The translations under genes and the position numbers were made by a program. Shown here piece after piece: positions 61,451-64,000 of a DNA stretch of 64,000 bases. This stretch comes from a virus (lineage: Duplodnaviria; Caudoviricetes). The DNA lies in the IMG/VR virus record IMGVR_UViG_3300025944_000001, positions 659-64,658 of that record; one strand, 5' to 3'. The notes beneath the pieces are model-generated. The model ran no database searches and was not told the DNA's origin. It saw nothing but the letters and a program-made list of their open reading frames with translations. The number at the start of each line of letters is the position of its first letter. The stretch's first letter is position 1.

Positions 61451-64000
61451 TACTTACACCCTTTCAGCGCGTCGGCCTTGATCTTGCTGAAGTCGAAGCT
61501 TTCGAGGCGCTTCAACGCGGCGTCGGCCGATGCTTGCGATCGTTCCGATAGCGTCTTCTCGATGACCTTCGCTTTGGCGACGGTGCGAATAATGCTCGTC
61601 TGGGCCGCACCCGACAGTTTGCCGTTCGCCGCCGCCTGTGCCTTGCGCAGTATCGACGCGGAATCGAGCGGGCCGTCGACCACGGCCTTTTGGAACGCGA
61701 GACGACGACCGGCACTCGACGCCGATCGGTAGAGCGTGTTGCTCAACTTGTCGGCGTCGGCCATGGCGACACTGAGCCGCCCTTGTAGCCGTGCGTGCGC
61801 TTCGGGGTTGGCTTTCGGGTCCACGGACTCAATTTTCGTGAGAAGGTCAGGGATCGTCTTTTCGGTCAGTTGCCTGAGTGCAGTATGCCCGACGTATGTT
61901 TCCTCGTTCGTGAGGTTCGGATTGCGCTCGGCGTTGTAGAGTTTCAGACTGTCTTTGATGTCGATGTAGTTGGCGTTCGCTCGGGCCTTGACCTGGTCCC
62001 ATGTTTCGGAGAACGTCGACCTGTCGGGCAGTCGGATACCGATCTTCTTCGCTGCGTCCTCAAGGTCGGACATACGCATGCCGTGTACGTCCACTGGTGA
62101 GCCACCGGTCGACGCAGGGGCTTCGACCGGTGCAACTTTCGGCGCGGCTTCGGCCGTTGCCATCGGTACCGATATGGTCGGTTTGACGGCTGGCGGCTTG
62201 GGCACCGCCTTGACCTTTTCAGGAGGATGTATCGCCTCGGTTCCGTCGTCGAACTTGACCTTGACCTTGCCGAAGGGATTGCCTATGACTTTGCCCGGTC
62301 TGCCATCGACTGTTACGGACTTGCCGACATAGTTTGTCGCCTCCCGGTCAGATATCGCCTTTGCTTCTGTCGGTGTGAGTAACCCGCTAATTTGGCGACG
62401 GTTCGCGGCGTTCTGCATTGCTGCCGCTTTTTGGGCAGCGTCAAACTTCTGTTGGTCTTTGTGAATAGCGAACTGACGCTTGTTGAACTCCTGAGTGTCG
62501 GCGTAGCGCTGTTGCTCTTTGTCCCATTCCTTCGCCTGGTAGGCAGTCAAGACGGCCTGTTTCGTCTCGCCCTGCACCTGCATGGTGACGACTTTACCGT
62601 CGTCTTTGACAGTTGGCTTTGACGGCAGAGGTGTCGGTGTTTCGGGCTTACCCTCGACGAACGTACCGTCTGTATCGCGCGGTTGAGTGGTTGAGTGGTG
62701 CGGCGTCTCGGCTGGCTTTGCATCTGGCGCTGTCCATATGACATTACCGTCGGCGTCCTTTACTTTCGCGATGTCGCCGTGGTGATACTGCTTACCATCG
62801 GAACCAGTGACATGCCCGTCGTCGCTGATTTTCGAATCAGGCGAAAGATTGACTTCTCTCCCGTCTTTTAGCACGATGGACGGTGTCCCTTTCGGCTCGG
62901 TTGCCCCGAACGTCTTACCTCTCGACACTTCGGGCGCTTTCGTCTGTAACGTCTTAATCGTCGGCTTGCCGTTCGCCCCGATCTTGGGCGCGTACGGCGC
63001 GACGGGCGCGGCGTCAACAGGTTGACCGGCCGGTGCCGTTATCGCGTCCGGTGCGCCCTTGTACCCGGTCGTCTCGGCGATGGTCTTGCCGGTGGTTAGG
63101 TCCGGCCCCTTGTAACCGAGCGCAAACTGAGCGGCACCGAGCGGCTTACCCGATTTGAGCGCTGCGGCGATCTGGTGGTACTGGTAGCCCTTCGCGGTCA
63201 GTGCCGAAGCGGTCGCCGCGTCCGTGGTCTTCGCCGCTTGCGCGAGCACCGAGTCTCCGAGTCGCGCCATGCCGTCGGTACCTATGCGTGACGCAACGCG
63301 AGCACCAACCGTAGACAGCTTGCCGACACCCTCAGCGACAGGTAAGACGTTCAGTATCGCAATCAGCGGGTTGTCACCGGCGTAGTCAATCTCACCCTTA
63401 ATTACCTTCTGTAGGTTCTTAACGTTGGGGTTGCCGCCGTTGTAAAGCTTTGTGACAAGATCGGTCGGGATAAGACCCTTGATATCCTCATGGAAGGCTT
63501 GCTGTTGCTGTTGACCAATGGTGTTAGTGAATGCAATATTCGCCTGCATTTGCGCAGGATCAATCGAGAGCCTCAGAACGTTCATCGGCTGCCCAAGCCC
63601 TGCGTCCTGAGCGAACTTAGCTGTACCCTGTACAACGCTCGGCACGCCTTTGAGTAACCCGCCAAGTAGGTACTGGTCGAAGGTGCCGCCAAGTGACGCC
63701 ATCTTGTTTTTGACGGCATTGGACTGCATTCGCGCTCCAATGTCCTCTATCTGCTGTGCGCCAACGTCGCCCACCGACGGGTGAACGGCACCTATGGTCG
63801 CCGCGACGCGCGAGTCACTTGACGCCAGCCGCTTGCCGTAATCAGCGTCGCCCGGTTTGCCACCACCGTAGAAGATCGGGGCCATCGGCTGACCATTCGC
63901 CTTGTAGAACGTCACCATACTTATGCCGTTGACCATCTGGCGGGACGGCTTTGCATTCGCCGGGTTGACGGCCGAGAAGCGCCTGATGTCGTCCGTGAGC
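61450..64000 (-). CDS. Large internal virion protein; open reading frame extends beyond the right edge (more than 828 aa)
   Basis: No stop between 63936 and 64000 in frame (LTDDIRRFSAVNPANAKPSRQ-MVNG...), so the ORF-track start is not the real start. Confidence 0.65.
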   Translation of the reverse strand, partial: LTDDIRRFSAVNPANAKPSRQMVNGISMVTFYKANGQPMAPIFYGGGKPGDADYGKRLASSDSRVAATIGAVHPSVGDVGAQQIEDIGARMQSNAVKNKMASLGGTFDQYLLGGLLKGVPSVVQGTAKFAQDAGLGQPMNVLRLSIDPAQMQANIAFTNTIGQQQQQAFHEDIKGLIPTDLVTKLYNGGNPNVKNLQKVIKGEIDYAGDNPLIAILNVLPVAEGVGKLSTVGARVASRIGTDGMARLGDSVLAQAAKTTDAATASALTAKGYQYHQIAAALKSGKPLGAAQFALGYKGPDLTTGKTIAETTGYKGAPDAITAPAGQPVDAAPVAPYAPKIGANGKPTIKTLQTKAPEVSRGKTFGATEPKGTPSIVLKDGREVNLSPDSKISDDGHVTGSDGKQYHHGDIAKVKDADGNVIWTAPDAKPAETPHHSTTQPRDTDGTFVEGKPETPTPLPSKPTVKDDGKVVTMQVQGETKQAVLTAYQAKEWDKEQQRYADTQEFNKRQFAIHKDQQKFDAAQKAAAMQNAANRRQISGLLTPTEAKAISDREATNYVGKSVTVDGRPGKVIGNPFGKVKVKFDDGTEAIHPPEKVKAVPKPPAVKPTISVPMATAEAAPKVAPVEAPASTGGSPVDVHGMRMSDLEDAAKKIGIRLPDRSTFSETWDQVKARANANYIDIKDSLKLYNAERNPNLTNEETYVGHTALRQLTEKTIPDLLTKIESVDPKANPEAHARLQGRLSVAMADADKLSNTLYRSASSAGRRLAFQKAVVDGPLDSASILRKAQAAANGKLSGAAQTSIIRTVAKAKVIEKTLSERSQASADAALKRLESFDFSKIKADALKGCK

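Noticed and set aside
1-64000. Genome-wide stop-codon reassignment to explain the in-frame TAA and TGA
   Set aside because: TAA, TAG and TGA all end long, clearly bounded genes (e.g. TAA at 389, TAG at 57179, TGA at 51536 and 59936); only two isolated internal stops were seen.
1-64000. CRISPR array, cas genes, retron or diversity-generating retroelement
   Set aside because: No regularly spaced repeats with unique spacers, no reverse transcriptase motifs and no TR/VR pair seen; the nuclease at 43074-43949 sits in a recombination context next to SSB.
59936-64000. Tape measure protein / long-tailed morphology
   Set aside because: No tail tube, sheath, baseplate or tail chaperone genes; the P22-like portal, adaptors and nozzle point to internal ejection proteins of a short-tailed phage.

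Overview
The window looks like a nearly complete, circularly permuted genome of a temperate, podovirus-like (short-tailed) dsDNA phage of a GC-rich bacterium; no host housekeeping genes are visible. Minus-strand morphogenesis block (about 1-28.5 kb, resuming at 59.9-64 kb): terminase small and large subunits, portal, scaffold, major capsid, decoration proteins, two adaptor paralogues, a 1293-aa tail nozzle-like protein, fibre/adhesin proteins and internal virion proteins. Minus-strand early/replication block (about 29-48.6 kb): replication initiator, HNH, two DNA methyltransferases, DUF1064-like nuclease, ssDNA-binding protein, PD-(D/E)XK nuclease. Then a cro/cI switch (48.6-49.5 kb), a large serine integrase (50.0-51.5 kb), a plus-strand accessory arm and a DUF1906-endolysin lysis cassette (57.2-59.8 kb). 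Best candidate for an undescribed system: a CCA-adding/poly(A)-polymerase-like nucleotidyltransferase in the earliest operon, followed on the same strand by two tRNA-shaped RNAs that keep acceptor, D and T arms but have no usable anticodon. Also notable: a structured late-promoter leader with a CCA-ended cloverleaf, a methyltransferase plus TPR-glycosyltransferase pair inside the capsid operon, an acyltransferase-3 moron, a candidate antisense sRNA, and several genes broken by in-frame stops or a frameshift. All family assignments are by motif recognition by eye; no database search or folding program was run.
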